Counted from the stretch's first letter, positions 13,976-28,293 are shown. The stretch is 64,000 bases of DNA from Eledone cirrhosa (GCA_964016885.1 OZ024760.1:11284001-11348000); one strand, 5' to 3'. Numbers and translations: made by a program. Notes: generated by a model not told the origin, from the sequence alone.

Positions 13976-14338
13976 TATATACATATATATGTATCTATAG
14001 CTATATATATATGTATATATATATATATATGTATATATAGCTGTATATATATGTATAGGTATATATATACACACACACACACATATCTATCTCTACATAT
14101 ATATGAGTAGGTCCAATGTCTAGATGTCCACACTGTCCATTAGCAGATGTAATATACAAATGCCACAGTTCACAAATAGCGAAAGAATTCATTTGTGAAA
14201 GACTACACGACGGGTCAGCAGCAGCAGCAGCAGCAGCAGGAGCAGCAGTAGTAGTAGTAGTAGTAGTTGTTGTTGTTGTTGCTGTTGTTGTTGCGGCCGT
14301 CGTCGTCGGTTGTTTTTTTAATTTTTATTGGGCGTCGT

Positions 14339-14560
14339 AGGGCGGTGGATTGGCAGTATCGGTAGAGGGTCGGACGCCATGCTTTCCAGCATAGAGTTAC
14401 GGCCCTTTATGATCTGAGTTCAAATCCCGCCGATGTTAACTTTGCCTTTCACCCTTACGGGGGCCGATAAAATAAAGTACCAGTCATGCACTGAGGTCGA
14501 TTTAATCGACTTTCCCCTCCTCTTTAAATTGCTGGCCTTTTGTCTATATAAGAAACCATT
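14339..14560 (+). mobile_element. Full-length tRNA-derived SINE (main family)
   Basis: A-box-like TGGCAGTATCGG, B-box GAGTTCAAATCC, central GCCTTTCA.CCTTACGGGG.CGATAAAATAAAGTACCAGT (resembles the Meta-SINE domain, from memory), tail AGAAAC-ATTATT. Confidence 0.85.
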
Positions 14561-14587
14561 ATTACTGGTCGTCGTTGTTGTTGTTGC

Positions 14588-14872
14588 TTTAGGCATTGTG
14601 TATCTAGGACAACATTATGTAATGTGTTCTTTAGACATAGTGTATCTAGGACTACATTATACTAAAGTTTCTTTTAGGCATAGTGTATATTGGACTATAT
14701 TATCTAATGTGTTCTTTAGGCATAGTGTATCTAAGACTACAATATTCTAATGTTTTATTTAGGCACAGTGTATCTAGGGCTACATTACCTTATGTGTCTA
14801 TCAGACATAGTGTATCTAGGGCTACATTACCTTATGTGTCTATCAGAAATAGTGTATCTAGGACTACATTAT
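14588..14872. repeat. ~41-43-bp tandem repeat, about 7 copies
   Basis: Recurring (AG)GCATAGTGTATCTAGGACTACATTA. Confidence 0.8.
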
Positions 14873-15759
14873 CATTATCCACAGTACTGAAAAACTTTTT
14901 TTGATAATGGTTTGTGGATGGGAACAGCTATATTCGTTTCTCATATTTTGAGGAGGGGAAATTGTTTGGTGGGGAAGCAGATATAGGCAATATTACACCA
15001 TGGAACGCCTGAATTTCACTGTGGGTAGATGTTTGGGGGAGAATGAATGAGCGATTGCCGTGATATCATTTTACAAATTCAATAAAACCATTTTGCAGAT
15101 TCTAGGAAACTGATCCGGCACTAATTCTAAAGGGGATTTCCAATGAGTTGATAATCCACTTTACTGATATCACGATAATACGGGAATCGACGAATCTACT
15201 TCATCACGCAGCATTACCCCCCCCCCCCCCCGCTTCTCCCTCAAACCACCCAACCAACTCAACCAACCCTCACCCCCACCATCACTGCGCACGAAAAAAG
15301 AATCAAAAGCAAAACAAAAGAAAAAAAAACAAAAAAAAAACCAAAAAACAATACCTTCTGGGTAAACTCAAACTGCTTCCTCAACCTCACCCCACTCTCA
15401 CCAAGCACGAAAAATAGACAAAAAAAAAAAAGGCTTAGGAAAAAAAACACCAAATACCTTCTAAGTAACTTCAAATTGCTTCCAGCAGTAAAATTCTGTC
15501 TCTAATTCCTCAGCAAAACGTCACAACGATCTGCTCTCTGTATTTTTTTACTTCCACAACTCATGTTTCAGCCGCATTAATTTCCATCGAAGAAGTCTAT
15601 AACTACAATAATTATAACTAGATCCTTCGGTAATGTCTTCTTGACCGAGCTGACTCGTAAGATAATATCGTTTAGGTAAGCGACCTTTACTCCCAATTCT
15701 TTGTCAAAGTGTTTACCTTCAAATCAAATTTGTTGATTGCATTTTCCTACAGATTTATC

Positions 15760-15846
<87 letters not shown>

Positions 15847-15993
15847 ATATATATATATTAGAAAAGGGAAGTAAGGTTCTATACAAAACAGGGGATATAG
15901 AGAAAATGTGAAGTTGGAAATAGCACGGAAAATATATTTTAGGGTCTGTTTTTCTTTTTTGATTCGTCGAAGTGTCGTTATTAAAAAGATAAC

Positions 15994-16178
15994 TGTTTAT
16001 ACTTTAGGCACAAGGCCAGCAATTACACAGTGTATTACTGGTACTTTATTTTATCGACCCCGTGAGGATGAAAGGCAAAGTCAACCTCGGCGGGATTTGA
16101 ACTCAGATCGTAAAGGGACGTAACTATGCTGGAAAGCATGGCGTCCGACCCTCTACCGATACTGCCAATCCACCGCCC
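15994..16178 (-). mobile_element. Full-length tRNA-derived SINE with 12-bp TSD
   Basis: Reverse complement of the 14339 family. TAAAAAGATAAC at 15982-15993 and 16179-16190. Confidence 0.85.
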
Positions 16179-16346
16179 TAAAAAGATAACATTATTGAAA
16201 AAGTGAGAGGGACAATTCTTTTTTAAAAAAAGTTTTATAAAATATATATAAAGTATATGTGTATTACCGGTTTCGATGTATTGTTAAGTCCATCTTACAC
16301 ACACACACACACATATATAAACATACAGACATATATATATATATAT

Positions 16347-16528
16347 AGGAACGAGTAGGACCCCGACGGCTGAGCTCAAGCCGTTTCGACGTCCAGAATT
16401 AGCCGTCGAAACGGCTTGAGCTCAGCCGTCGGGGTCCTACTCGTTCCTATTACCCACTCTACTACCCTAAGTATTGAGTACTTTGGTGCGTTATGGTCCA
16501 TCTGGTTCCTTACCACATTTCTTCCGTT
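16347..16528. mobile_element. Family B asymmetric palindromic element
   Basis: Short inverted arm plus long arm ending CTTCCGTT-(AT)n; homologous to 41162-41433. Confidence 0.8.
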
Positions 16529-16552
16529 ATATATATATATATATATATATAA

Positions 16553-16630
<78 letters not shown>

Positions 16631-16754
16631 TTATACACAGACACACACACATACACTCACATTTATATATATATATACATACACACATATACATGTACAC
16701 ACATATATATGCACACTTATATATATATATACACATATATATACACGTATAAGT

Positions 16755-16851
<97 letters not shown>

Positions 16852-16881
16852 GATACAGAGAGAGGGAGAGGGAGAGAGCGT

Positions 16882-16955
<74 letters not shown>

Positions 16956-17210
16956 TCGGCTGACGTGTCTCAAATCCAATCCTTCAACAAACATCATTTG
17001 GTTATCGGCATCGTATTTGGTTTTGATGCAGAACTTTCAACTCACAACATTCAGTTAGCAAATATATTTACTGCGAGCCTGCTAAGATCAAAGGTTCAGA
17101 GATGATATAGGAACTTTTAGTTATTTAATTTCTCCAAGCAACCTTATAGGTGGCCCACAGGATTGACTTATTTTTATTGATACAGCTCTACCTTTGATTC
17201 ACACCCTGCC

Positions 17211-18558
17211 TAGAATCCAGGTGAGACAGCTTCTCTCACCGAATCCAGGTGAGACAGCTTCTCTCATAGAATCCAGGTGAGACAGCTTCTCTCACAGAAT
17301 CCAGGTGAGACAGCTTCTCTCATAGAATCCAGGTGAGACAGCTTCTCTCATAGAATCCAGGTGAGACAGCTTCTCTCATAGAATCCAGGTGAGACAGCTT
17401 CTCTCACAGAATCCAGGTGAGACAGCTTCTCTCATAGAATCCAGGTGAGACAGCTTCTCTCATAGAATCCAGGTGAGACAGCTTCTCTCACAGAATCCAG
17501 GTGAGACAGCTTCTCTCATAGAATCCAGGTGAGACAGCTTCTCTCATAGAATCCAGGTGAGACAGCTTCTCTCACAGAATCCAGGTGAGACAGCTTCTCT
17601 CATAGAATCCAGGTGAGACAGCTTCTCTCATAGAATCCAGGTGAGACAACTTCTCTCACAGAATCCAGGTGAGACAGCTTCTCTCACAGAATCCAGGTGA
17701 GACAGCTTCTCTCACAGAATCCAGGTGAGACAGCTTCTCTCATAGAATCCAGGTGAGACAGCTTCTCTCATAGAATCCAGGTGAGACAGCTTCTCTCATA
17801 GAATCCAGGTGAGACAGCTTCTCTCATAGAATCCAGGTGAGACAGCTTCTCTCACAGAATCCAGGTGAGACAGCTTCTCTCATAGAATCCAGGTGAGACA
17901 GCTTCTCTCATAGAATCCAGGTGAGACAGCTTCTCTCACAGAATCCAGGTGAGACAGCTTCTCTCACAGAATCCAGGTGAGACAGCTTCTCTCATAGAAT
18001 CCAGGTGAGACAGCTTCTCTCATAGAATCCAGGTGAGACAGCTTCTCTCACAGAATCTAGGTGAGACAGCTTCTCTCATAGAATCCAGGTGAGACAGCTT
18101 CTCTCATAGAATCCAGGTGAGACAGCTTCTCTCACAGAATCCAGGTGAGACAGCTTCTCTCATAGAATCCAGGTGAGACAGCTTCTCTCATAGAATCCAG
18201 GTGAGACAACTTCTCTCACAGAATCCAGGTGAGACAGCTTCTCTCACAGAATCCAGGTGAGACAGCTTCTCTCACAGAATCCAGGTGAGACAGCTTCTCT
18301 CATAGAATCCAGGTGAGACAGCTTCTCTCACAGAATCCAGGTGAGACAGCTTCTCTCATAGAATCCAGGTGAGACAGCTTCTCTCATAGAATCCAGGTGA
18401 GACAGCTTCTCTCATAGAATCCAGGTGAGACAGCTTCTCTCACAGAATCCAGGTGAGACAGCTTCCCTCATAGAATCCAGGTGAGACAGCTTCTCTCATA
18501 GAATCCAGGTGAGACAGCTTCTCTCATAGAATCCAGGTGAGACAGCTTCCCTCATAGA
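17211..18558. repeat. 28-bp minisatellite, about 48 near-identical copies
   Basis: Unit (T/C)AGAATCCAGGTGAGACAGCTTCTCTCA with internal inverted repeat TGAGA/TCTCA. Confidence 0.95.
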
Positions 18559-18689
18559 TCATTGCTTTTCCTCTTTTAATTTTCTTGTTGGTCTCTTTTT
18601 CTAGTTGTTGTTTTTCTTGTTTTTGTTGTTGTTGTCTCTCTCTTTGTTGTTGGTACAGCCAGTTGTTGGGCTGCCATTGGTGTAGTTAG

Positions 18690-19045
18690 TGATTGGGGTG
18701 CCACTCTAGATGTGCCACTGGGGCAGCCAGTCATTAGGGTGCCACTCTAGATGTGCCACTGGGGCAGCCAGTCACTAGGGTGCCACTCTAGATGTGCCAC
18801 TGGTACAGCCAGTCACTAGGGTGCCACTCTAGATGTGCCACTGGTACAGCTAGTCACTAGGGTGCCATTCTAGATGTGCCACTGGAGCAGCCAGTCATTG
18901 GGGTGCCACTCTAGATGTGCCACTGGTACAGCCAGTAGTTGGGGTGCCACTCTATATGTACCACTGGGGCAGCCAGTCATTGGGGTGCCATTCTAGATGT
19001 ACCACTGGGGCAGCCAGTCATTGGGGTGTCAGTCTAGCCAGTTGT
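18690..19045. repeat. 41-bp tandem repeat, about 8-9 copies
   Basis: GCCACTCTAGATGTGCCACTGG... recurs at 18700, 18741 and 18782. Confidence 0.9.
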
Positions 19046-19229
19046 TGTTGTGCCACTATAGACATTTGACTGTGCTCTCACTCACAGTATTGACATTTCA
19101 ATGGGTTTTAGAAATACTTGGTGGGTCTCATCTCATCGACAAGGGTCCAACCCCTCACTAAGTTTAGGCTGTCAACAGATACAATTACCTAGGTGTGATT
19201 GAAAAATATCCCAGGTCCAGAAGTGAGAG

Positions 19230-19521
19230 TCGGGTGAAAACCAGTGTACCTTCTTCTCCCACGTATTCCTGTGGGGGTCAGAGTCCTCAAACACTTCTTC
19301 CAGCGGGCTCTCTCAGAAGCAACCGTCTCCAATTGATCCTGCAGGATCCAGATGTGAGACAAGCCAAGATCATGATCATGCATGTTATCGAACAACCATC
19401 TTGTTCGGGGTATACCTCCTAGGTCTCCTGTCGGTTGGTTTTGCCCGTAAAATCTGTCCAGCGATTCTTTCCTGAGACATTCTAACCACATGTCCTTAGT
19501 ATCAGAGCTGTGATCTCTCAA
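19230..19521 (-). pseudogene. 3' fragment of an RTE-clade LINE ORF
   Basis: ...QPTGDLGGIPRTRWLFDNMHDHDLGLSHIWILQDQLETVASERARWKKCL resembles the RTE C-terminal 'RGRPRxRWxD...A.DR..W' signature. Confidence 0.6.
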
Positions 19522-20434
19522 TCCCTAACAATGTCATTGCTAGACATCATGGTGTTCTCTCTACCTGAAATCCTCAGTTTTAAGATATTTCATTAAGTCC
19601 TCCATAACAGTATGTTCGGTATTGCAATAACCTTTCTTCAAATCACTTCACTCTATATTCAAAGAAACCTTAGATATCGTTTTTACCAGTAATGAATTAA
19701 CATTCCATTAAATCGTTTTATTCTAGTTCCAGCTAGACAGGGGACAGTGGGACACCCGAGTTTGAAATAATTATTCTTTCAATCCTAGATAACTGTAAGT
19801 CCGGTATCGAAATATGATTTAATAAACTTTTATGGATTGAGGATTGAGGCTCTTTCTCTTGGATATTTCCACTTAACTTTTACTTCAGTATTGAGTTCTT
19901 AGCACGTGGCCTGAATTCCTTTCAGAGTTCATTGTCACGCGCATGTATTGTTTTTTTTTGGCGGTAATTCACTTCTTCATTTTTTGAATCACTTCGAGCA
20001 CTTCTTTCAGAACTGCTGGACTGGCTACCTGACAGATACCTCAGGCACAGAAAGTGATTATCGCTAAATGCTGATGTTGGTTAGATTATCAATATTAGTA
20101 TTATTGGGGCACCCACTGATGAATTATAGGAGCCCACTTGAATATATATCTATTGATGGTATACAAGCTCCTACATAAATTGGTATAATTTCACCCAAAT
20201 TGTAGGAGTCCTATAATGAAACGAGACGTCCGTCTGGGAAGAGATATATTAGATATGTCTCATTTGAAATAATACAGCCAATTTTCCATGCAATACTTTT
20301 AGTTAGCACCCCGAACACATAATTGGGAATATAATCACTTATTTCTTAATGTTTGTTGAGTGAGTTGGAATTTGGCCGGAGTATCACTAAAAAGCTTTCT
20401 CCGATATTGTATATATATATATATATATATATAT

Positions 20435-21130
20435 AAGTTTGAAGAATAATCAGTTATCTAGTTTTTCTTCTTAGTCCGTAGAAATTAACTAGACAAATAA
20501 TCATTTAAACGGAGCTAAGTTTAAAATGTAAGTTTTCAGAAAAGATAGATAAATGTTACCAAAACCTCTTCCAGTCCCGACTATCGACAGTTTCGTTCGT
20601 ACTTTGTGGAAATGTCTAATCGTTGCATTATCCACGAGGCTCCGAGCTTATCAAGAGACTCCCTCAGTTAGGACCAACATTTCCAAATTAATCGCCGTTA
20701 GTATCAAATTCAAAAGGGGTGAAAAACATCACGTGGCTAGCGGTAAAGATAGAATTTTTGCGAAGGGAAGGCCAGATGGCAAGTAGGTTCATTGCTAGAA
20801 GAAGCCGTTAGATACCGCCTAAGGCTTACTCAACCGTAAAGGAGTATAGAACAAAGTCATAAGGACATATATATATTTAGACATAGTCACAGATACATAT
20901 ATGAGTGTTGGCTACTTTTAACGGTGTAGCTCGATGAGTGAGTGAATTAAATAAATAATTATCAATCAGTGCTATATAAAATTCTAAGTTTGAAGAACAG
21001 TCAGACAAAATTTATCCAAGTTTTTCTTCTTAGTCTGTAGAAATTAACTCGATAAATAATCATTTAAACGGAGCTTATTTTAAAATGTAACTTTGAAGAA
21101 ATAACAGATAAATGTTATCGAAATTCCTTT
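20435..21130 (-). mobile_element. Retrozyme/pLTR-like non-coding element: R - unique - hammerhead - R - (TA)n
   Basis: Segment 20435-20570 is repeated at 20986-21129 (551-bp period), with a partial third copy at ~21140-21203. Confidence 0.6.
20573..20660 (-). ncRNA. Type I hammerhead ribozyme motif, U3-A8 core variant
   Basis: Minus strand: AGTCTC-TTGATAA-[long imperfect stem II incl. TCG/CGA and GTGGA/TCCAC]-GAAA-CTGTCGATAG-TC-GGGACT. Stem I is 6 bp, stem III is near-palindromic, site is GUC. Confidence 0.75.
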
Positions 21131-21284
21131 AAGAGGAACAGTGAGATAAAATTTACGTAATCTTTTCTCTAAGTCCGTAGAAATTAACTAGACAAATAAT
21201 AAATATGTATATATATATATTTCTGTGTGTGTGTGTTGTGTGTATATATGAATGTATATGTAAATATATATATGTATAGATGTA

Positions 21285-21331
<47 letters not shown>

Positions 21332-21398
21332 TATATATATATATGTATATGTATGTATGTATGTATGTATATATGTACATATATATAGCATATATGTC

Positions 21399-21456
<58 letters not shown>

Positions 21457-21525
21457 CACACAAACACACACATACATACATATATATACTTGCATATATA
21501 TATATATATATACACACACACATAT

Positions 21526-21559
<34 letters not shown>

Positions 21560-21864
21560 GTATGTATATATGTACATATATATACGCATATATGTCTATG
21601 TATATATATATATATATACATATATATACTCACATACATATATATGTATATGTGTGTATGTGTAAGTATATGTGTGAAGATATGACTATTGAAGAGATCG
21701 ATAGCAGCCGCTCGTCACAGAGGAGGAGTTAGACGTGATTTCGATGCAGTATCGAATTATTACAACTACTTCAGATTCACGCAGAAGAGCTTTGTACTGA
21801 GTCAGGGGTGATAACTCGCATAATATAGCATGGAGCTTAACTACTGTATAAAGATCACACAGTT

Positions 21865-21949
<85 letters not shown>

Positions 21950-21950
21950 T

Positions 21951-22017
<67 letters not shown>

Positions 22018-22107
22018 CACACATATATGTATATATAAATATATATGTGTGTGTGTGTATGTATATACACATATGTATATATATATATATATACATATAT
22101 GAATATG

Positions 22108-22263
<156 letters not shown>

Positions 22264-22331
22264 AATATGTATATATATATCATATATATATATATATATA
22301 TGAATATGTATATATATATATATATATATGA

Positions 22332-22388
<57 letters not shown>

Positions 22389-22673
22389 TATGTATATATG
22401 CATATATATATATATATATATATATGTGTGCGTTTGTGTGAATCGGACTACCTATCTAAAAGGTTTAGTAACATTTAGACACGTAGCTAGAAATCGATTC
22501 ACTAAAACATTTGTTATAATTGAGATCGATAAAATTGAATACTTGACGAAACACTTAAGTCGTTATAACTTACACCTTTGATGTTGTTGCTACAGTATGG
22601 CCGTGGTCCAATAACTGAAACCAGGAGAACTAACATAAAAGGCATACAAAATACTTAAGAGATAAAACATATA

Positions 22674-22826
22674 CAGGTAAAATTCCATTATAACGAATAC
22701 CATTATAATGAATTTTTCAATCCCCGCCACATGCTCGATGTGTTAGATCGATCTCGTTATAAAAAAATGTTCGTTACAACGAATCTTTTTATACCCTGTG
22801 AATTTCGCTATAACGGAATTTCACTG
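22674..22826. mobile_element. pogo/Tc1-type MITE
   Basis: TA-CAGGTAAAATTCCATTATAACGAA ... TTCGCTATAACGGAATTTCACTG-TA. Confidence 0.7.
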
Positions 22827-22849
22827 TATATTTAAATATATAATTGTCA

Positions 22850-23003
22850 GAGGCGTTAGAACTTCGGATGGAATGTTTTGTGGTTGTTTTTGTTTTAGCT
22901 CTCTGAGCTCTCTGTTGTGTCTGAGTTCAAATCCCGCCGAGGTTAACTTTGCTGTTCGCCATTTCGAGGTCGATAAATAAAGTATCAGTCTTGTACTGGG
23001 ATA
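22850..23003 (+). mobile_element. Diverged tRNA-derived SINE
   Basis: CTGAGTTCAAATCCCGCCGAGGTTAACTTTGC...GAGGTCGATAAATAAAGTA.CAGT. Confidence 0.7.
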
Positions 23004-23247
23004 GTAAAGACAACAACAACAACAGCCACAGCAGCAACAACCACAGAAACAGCAGCAACACCAATAGTAGTAACAATACTAGCAACAACAGCAGCAGCAA
23101 CAACAATATCAACAACAACAACAGTTTTAATAACAATAGCTGCAACAACCACCACCATCACCACAATAACAATAGTCACAACAAGAACAACAACACCAGC
23201 CAATATTTAAGAATGATCACATGGATTATTTGTATATATATATATAT

Positions 23248-23433
23248 ATATTGTTATACTTTGGGAGGGTCATGTTGCCAATAAGAAACACACGCACCAG
23301 TTGCGTTCACTTGTGAAATCAACTGGTGCGTGTGTTTCTTATTGGCAACATGACTCTCCCAAAGTATAACAATATCGGTTTCAACACACGATTTCAGATA
23401 AAGAATCTTGCTAAACAAATTCAGAAACGAAAT
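23248..23433 (+). mobile_element. Family A 3' fragment with a fold-back inverted 5' arm
   Basis: Near-perfect palindrome 23248-23375; the long arm continues to ...CAGAAACGAAAT-(AT)n. Confidence 0.8.
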
Positions 23434-23599
23434 ATATATATATTTGTATATATGTTTGTGTATAGTGGTAGCTATGGTGCTTCCATAGGCGGTATGCCAA
23501 AATTAGCACTCGATATTCATCAGAGTAGAGTGTATAAATCCAGATGCATCACTGATTTTTCGTTTTCTTGATAATATATTTGTATATATATATATATAT

Positions 23600-23900
23600 A
23601 TGATAATAATGGAGCTGCGGCGTTGCAAATGGGTTACATATGAAAAAGTAAGATTTCATCAGTGGCCTTCCAACTGTCCTAGGCATTTCATCACTTTAAG
23701 GGCCATATACCTCAGGTTGGTGCGAACAACGGCTAAAAAAAGTCGTTGGGACACGTAAATAAAGGGGACGCTGGGGTGAACAAACAAAATGGTTTAAGCA
23801 ACGGAAAGTGAGAAGAAAGAGACAAGTCCCAGATTTCTATGAATATAAACTCGGTGAAATCGTGAACGAGAGACTAAAGACCATCAAACCTGGTTGAAAT
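23600..23900 (-). mobile_element. Family D repeat (homologs at 24957-25280, 27737-27838, 28451-28552, 29115-29216)
   Basis: Shared ATGGAGCTGCGGCGTTGCA.ATGGG.TACATATGAA...CATCAGTG...; one end abuts (TA)n in every copy. Confidence 0.7.
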
Positions 23901-24576
23901 GTGAGCAAGGAAGGAATTTCGCACAGGTCTAACGGGGGGAAGAAGGGGCCTGGTCTGCGAATTCGGTAAACATAAGTTCTGTGAAGTCGCAGACGAGAGA
24001 GAGAGAGAAAAAAAATTCATACCGGCTTGGCCAAGAGCGCGCGAGAAAAGAATTCGGACAGGTCAAACGGGAAGAAAGAGGAGGAGGAGGAGAGGTAGTG
24101 ACAGAGAATGAGTGAGTGAAAGTTGAGGAAGCACAGTTATGTTACAGATTACAATACGTGTGTGTGTGGTTTATGTATATATTTTTTATTTTTATCCTTT
24201 ACGCTCTTTCCTTCATTCCTCTACTCGCTACAGTCTTATACACGCCACGCATCTCAACGTACACCCACTTACATCTCTCTCTCTCCACCACCGGATCTTG
24301 TTACCCGGAGATTTACCCATCTGCATTGTTGAGGCTTCCAAACGACTTAAAGAAATTTACCTTATTATTCCACAATGCTTCAAGCAAACTTCGATACTCT
24401 TATATATATACATACAAATAACTCCTCATTCAGTACCAGAAAGGCACACAGCAGTCAACTTGCTGTTACCAAGATGAAAACTACTATGAAATCCCACACT
24501 GAATTTTATACTTGAATTTTCAAATCTCAAATTTTAACTCTTCTTATTATTAATTTTTCTTAATATTAATCAACAT

Positions 24577-24614
24577 TTGAAAAGATGGCTTTTGCAGACC
24601 CATCGAAACCGGTC
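24577..24614 (+). ncRNA. Hammerhead motif, U3-A8 variant, weak stem I
   Basis: TTGAAAA-GATGG(11 nt)CCATC-GAAA-CCGG-TC; palindromic stem III ACCGGT, GUC site. Confidence 0.6.
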
Positions 24615-24744
24615 ATTTTTTATACCCTTTATTCTTTCCTTACCTTATAAAATTATGTTTTTTCACAAAAAAGTATTCTGTCTCTTATATATTCCATGTG
24701 CCATTACCAACCTCAATTTTCTCTCTCTCTCTATATATATATAT

Positions 24745-24929
24745 AACGAAGGAAATGTGGTAAGGAACCAGGTGGACCATAACGCACCAAAGTACTCAAT
24801 ACTTAGGGTAAAGAGTGGGTAATAGGAACGAGTAGGCTATTCATATACCAGGATAACAAAAATTTCATTTAGTCCAGAATTAGCCGTCGAAACGGCTTGA
24901 GTTCAGCCGTCGGGGTCTTACTCGTTCCT
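24745..24929. mobile_element. Family B element with two opposed arms
   Basis: AACGAAGGAAATGTGGTAAGG... arm followed by an inverted GTCCAGAATTAGCCGTCGAAACGG... arm. Confidence 0.75.
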
Positions 24930-25429
24930 ATATATATATATATATATATATATATAAGAAAAATGGAGTGCTGCTTGGTTGCACATGGGATACATATGAA
25001 TAAAAAAATTAGTCCTTCATCAGTGATTTTCCAACCTTCATTGGTATTTCATCGCTTTAAAAATCATATACCTCTGGTTGGTGTGAGCAATAGCTAAATA
25101 AAGTTATGGGGACAAGTAAAATAGGGTGAAACGAGAGAGACATGTAAACAAACAAAGATGGTATTGCAACGGAAAGATAGGAAGAGACAAGTACATGATA
25201 TCTATAAGCTTAAGCTTGGTGAATTCATGGACGAGAGATACAGACCATCCGACATGGGTGAAATGTTAGGAAAGTTAGGAAATATTTATGGCTTTTATGA
25301 TTTATTTTACTTCAAGGTTTCAATGTCCTCCATTCCCCCTCCCTCCTCCTCCTTGTCTTCCTTCTTCTTCTTCTTTCTTCCGTTTTCTTCTTTTTTTCTT
25401 CTTTTCCTTCTTTTTCATTTGCCTCCTCG

Positions 25430-26050
25430 TCATTATCCACCTTATCACCACCACCATCATCACCATCATCATTATCACCACCACCACCATCATCACAATC
25501 ACCATTATCACCATCACCACCATCACCACCACCACCATCATCATCACCACCATCATCATCATCATCATCATCATCATCACCGCCATCATTATCACCATCA
25601 CCACCACCACCACCACCGCCATCACCACCATCACCACCACCATTATCACCGTCACCACCATTATCACCAACACTACCACCGCCATCACCACCATCACCAT
25701 TATCACCATCATCATCACCACCACCATCACCACCACCACCACCACCACCATCATCATCATCACCACCACCATCACCACCACAACCATCATCATCATCACC
25801 ACCACCACCATCACCACCATCACCACCACCACTACCACCACCATCACCACCATCACCATTATCACCACCACCATTATCACCATCACCACCATCACCACCA
25901 TCACCATTATCACCATCACCACCACCACCACCACCACCACCATTATCACCGTCACCACCATTATCACCAACACTACCACCGCCATCACCACCATCACCAT
26001 TATCACCATCACCATCATCATCACCACCACCACCACCACCTCCACACCAC
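25430..26050. repeat. (CAC/CAT)n microsatellite
   Basis: Visible directly. It explains the poly-His/Thr ORFs. Confidence 0.9.
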
Positions 26051-26149
26051 CGTCATTGTCTACCTTTGTCTATGTTGTGGTTTTAATTTTATTTGCGTTT
26101 CCTTTCATCTTACTCCTGCGCCGACAAAACCATTCCACCACGCACCTAG

Positions 26150-26281
<132 letters not shown>

Positions 26282-26516
26282 GTGTGTGTGTGTACCTGTG
26301 TGTGCCTAAGCGTGTGAGTACACCTCTCTGTACGTGTGTGTATGTCTGTGAGTGTGTGTCTGTGTGTCTGTACGTGTATATATATATATATATATATATA
26401 TACCTGCATGTGTGTGTATATATGTGTGTCTGTAAGTCTGTACGTCTGTGTGTGTGTGTGAGTCATTGTGTGTATGTCTGTGTGTATATATATATATCGG
26501 TATATATGTGTGTATT

Positions 26517-26593
<77 letters not shown>

Positions 26594-26892
26594 GTTATTT
26601 AGTTATGTGTCAACAGTAGAGCAGAAATTTTTTAAGAATTACGTCCAGCAGTTGTGACGCCGGAGAGTTGGTGAGGAGGATACACACAAACACATTCATA
26701 CGCACACGTGCACACACACACACACACATATGCACATGTATACACACATACATTCATATACACACACACACACGCTCATACACAAACATACACACACTCA
26801 TACACACACACCCATACGTACGCACATTCACAAACACACATGCAACCATAGACACACGCAGACTCACACACACACACACATACATATATATA

Positions 26893-26955
<63 letters not shown>

Positions 26956-27050
26956 GAACTCACATACGAACACGCACAGAGTCACATACACACACACATA
27001 TACAGAAACACCCACACAAACACACATGCAACCACAGACACACACAGACT

Positions 27051-27095
<45 letters not shown>

Positions 27096-27569
27096 GAACT
27101 CACATACAAACATACGAACACGCACAGAGTCACATACACACACACATATACAGAAACACACACACACAAACACAAATAATCACATAGTGTCTGAAACATC
27201 CTATATATCTCCATTCATCTAAATTCCATCAAGTGAACCATAACAAGCTGCAGTAAACATCCAATGATCTCAAGCCGTAAAGATCTCAACATGAAAGACG
27301 CTATACATTGCCTACACTAACATCACAAACTTATACCAAAATACCAATGAATTTTATGATTTTTCGACAAGGTTTTCTAGATGATTTTGTGGTTTTTGAT
27401 TTTATTACTTCCACCATTTTGTCCTTGAATTTGGGGGAAGAATATTCGCCACAATTTCTCTTCATCTATCCAGACGTGTCTACCCTCTACAATCCTGTAC
27501 ACCTGGATAACTATCCACGTCTATCGGGCTTGCTTGATATATTATCCGTTTATTCAAAATGTCGACCAC

Positions 27570-27625
<56 letters not shown>

Positions 27626-27692
27626 GTCGACATACCAGTATTTTATATATTATGAAATACTGTTGGCTTCACGCTCACAATAATTTCTATAC

Positions 27693-27740
<48 letters not shown>

Positions 27741-27834
27741 CGATGAAATGCCTAGGACGGTTAGAAGGCCACTGATGAAGGACTCACTTTTTCATATGTA
27801 ACCCATGTGCAACGCCGCAGCTCCATTATTATCA

Positions 27835-27977
<143 letters not shown>

Positions 27978-28251
27978 AGCGTGCTTGAAGCATTGTTGAA
28001 TAGTACGCACAAATTTAAATTTTGAAAACCAAACAATACGTTGTGGAGAACATTAAATTGCCAAGATAACAAAAGAATCTTACCTTAGCAAATTTAACGA
28101 TCCCTAATATTTTGGGGTTTAAACACCCCTTATCAAGGGAGTAACCGTATGAGAGAGTTAAAAATCGACCAGAGTTGACTTGCTTGTTTGGAGAGTGGAT
28201 TTGAGTTAAATGAATTGAAAAGATGTTAACGTGTGCGTTTTGAGATGTGTG

Positions 28252-28291
28252 AACCCTAACCCTAACCCTAACCCTAACCCTAACCCTAACC

Positions 28292-28293
<2 letters not shown>
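28252..28293. repeat. Interstitial telomeric repeat (AACCCT)7
   Basis: Perfect TTAGGG-type units at the junction of units 1 and 2. Confidence 0.9.

Noticed and set aside
14339-14435. tRNA gene
   Set aside because: Has A- and B-box-like motifs but no cloverleaf; it is the head of a multicopy SINE.
16262-16295. Minus-strand ...CATC-GAAACCGGTA
   Set aside because: Only the 3' half of a hammerhead; the 5' core is replaced by microsatellite. Similar halves at 805-830, 13841-13872 and 21730-21785 were also not counted.
8965-18558. 45-bp and 28-bp arrays as CRISPR-like loci
   Set aside because: Head-to-tail units without unique spacers, no cas genes, and a eukaryotic context.
23660-23725. Family D as a hammerhead (minus strand CCAAC-CTGAGGT...GAAA...GTTGG)
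   Set aside because: Stem I-like pairing exists, but position 9 is T and no valid NUH or stem III was found. Left unresolved.
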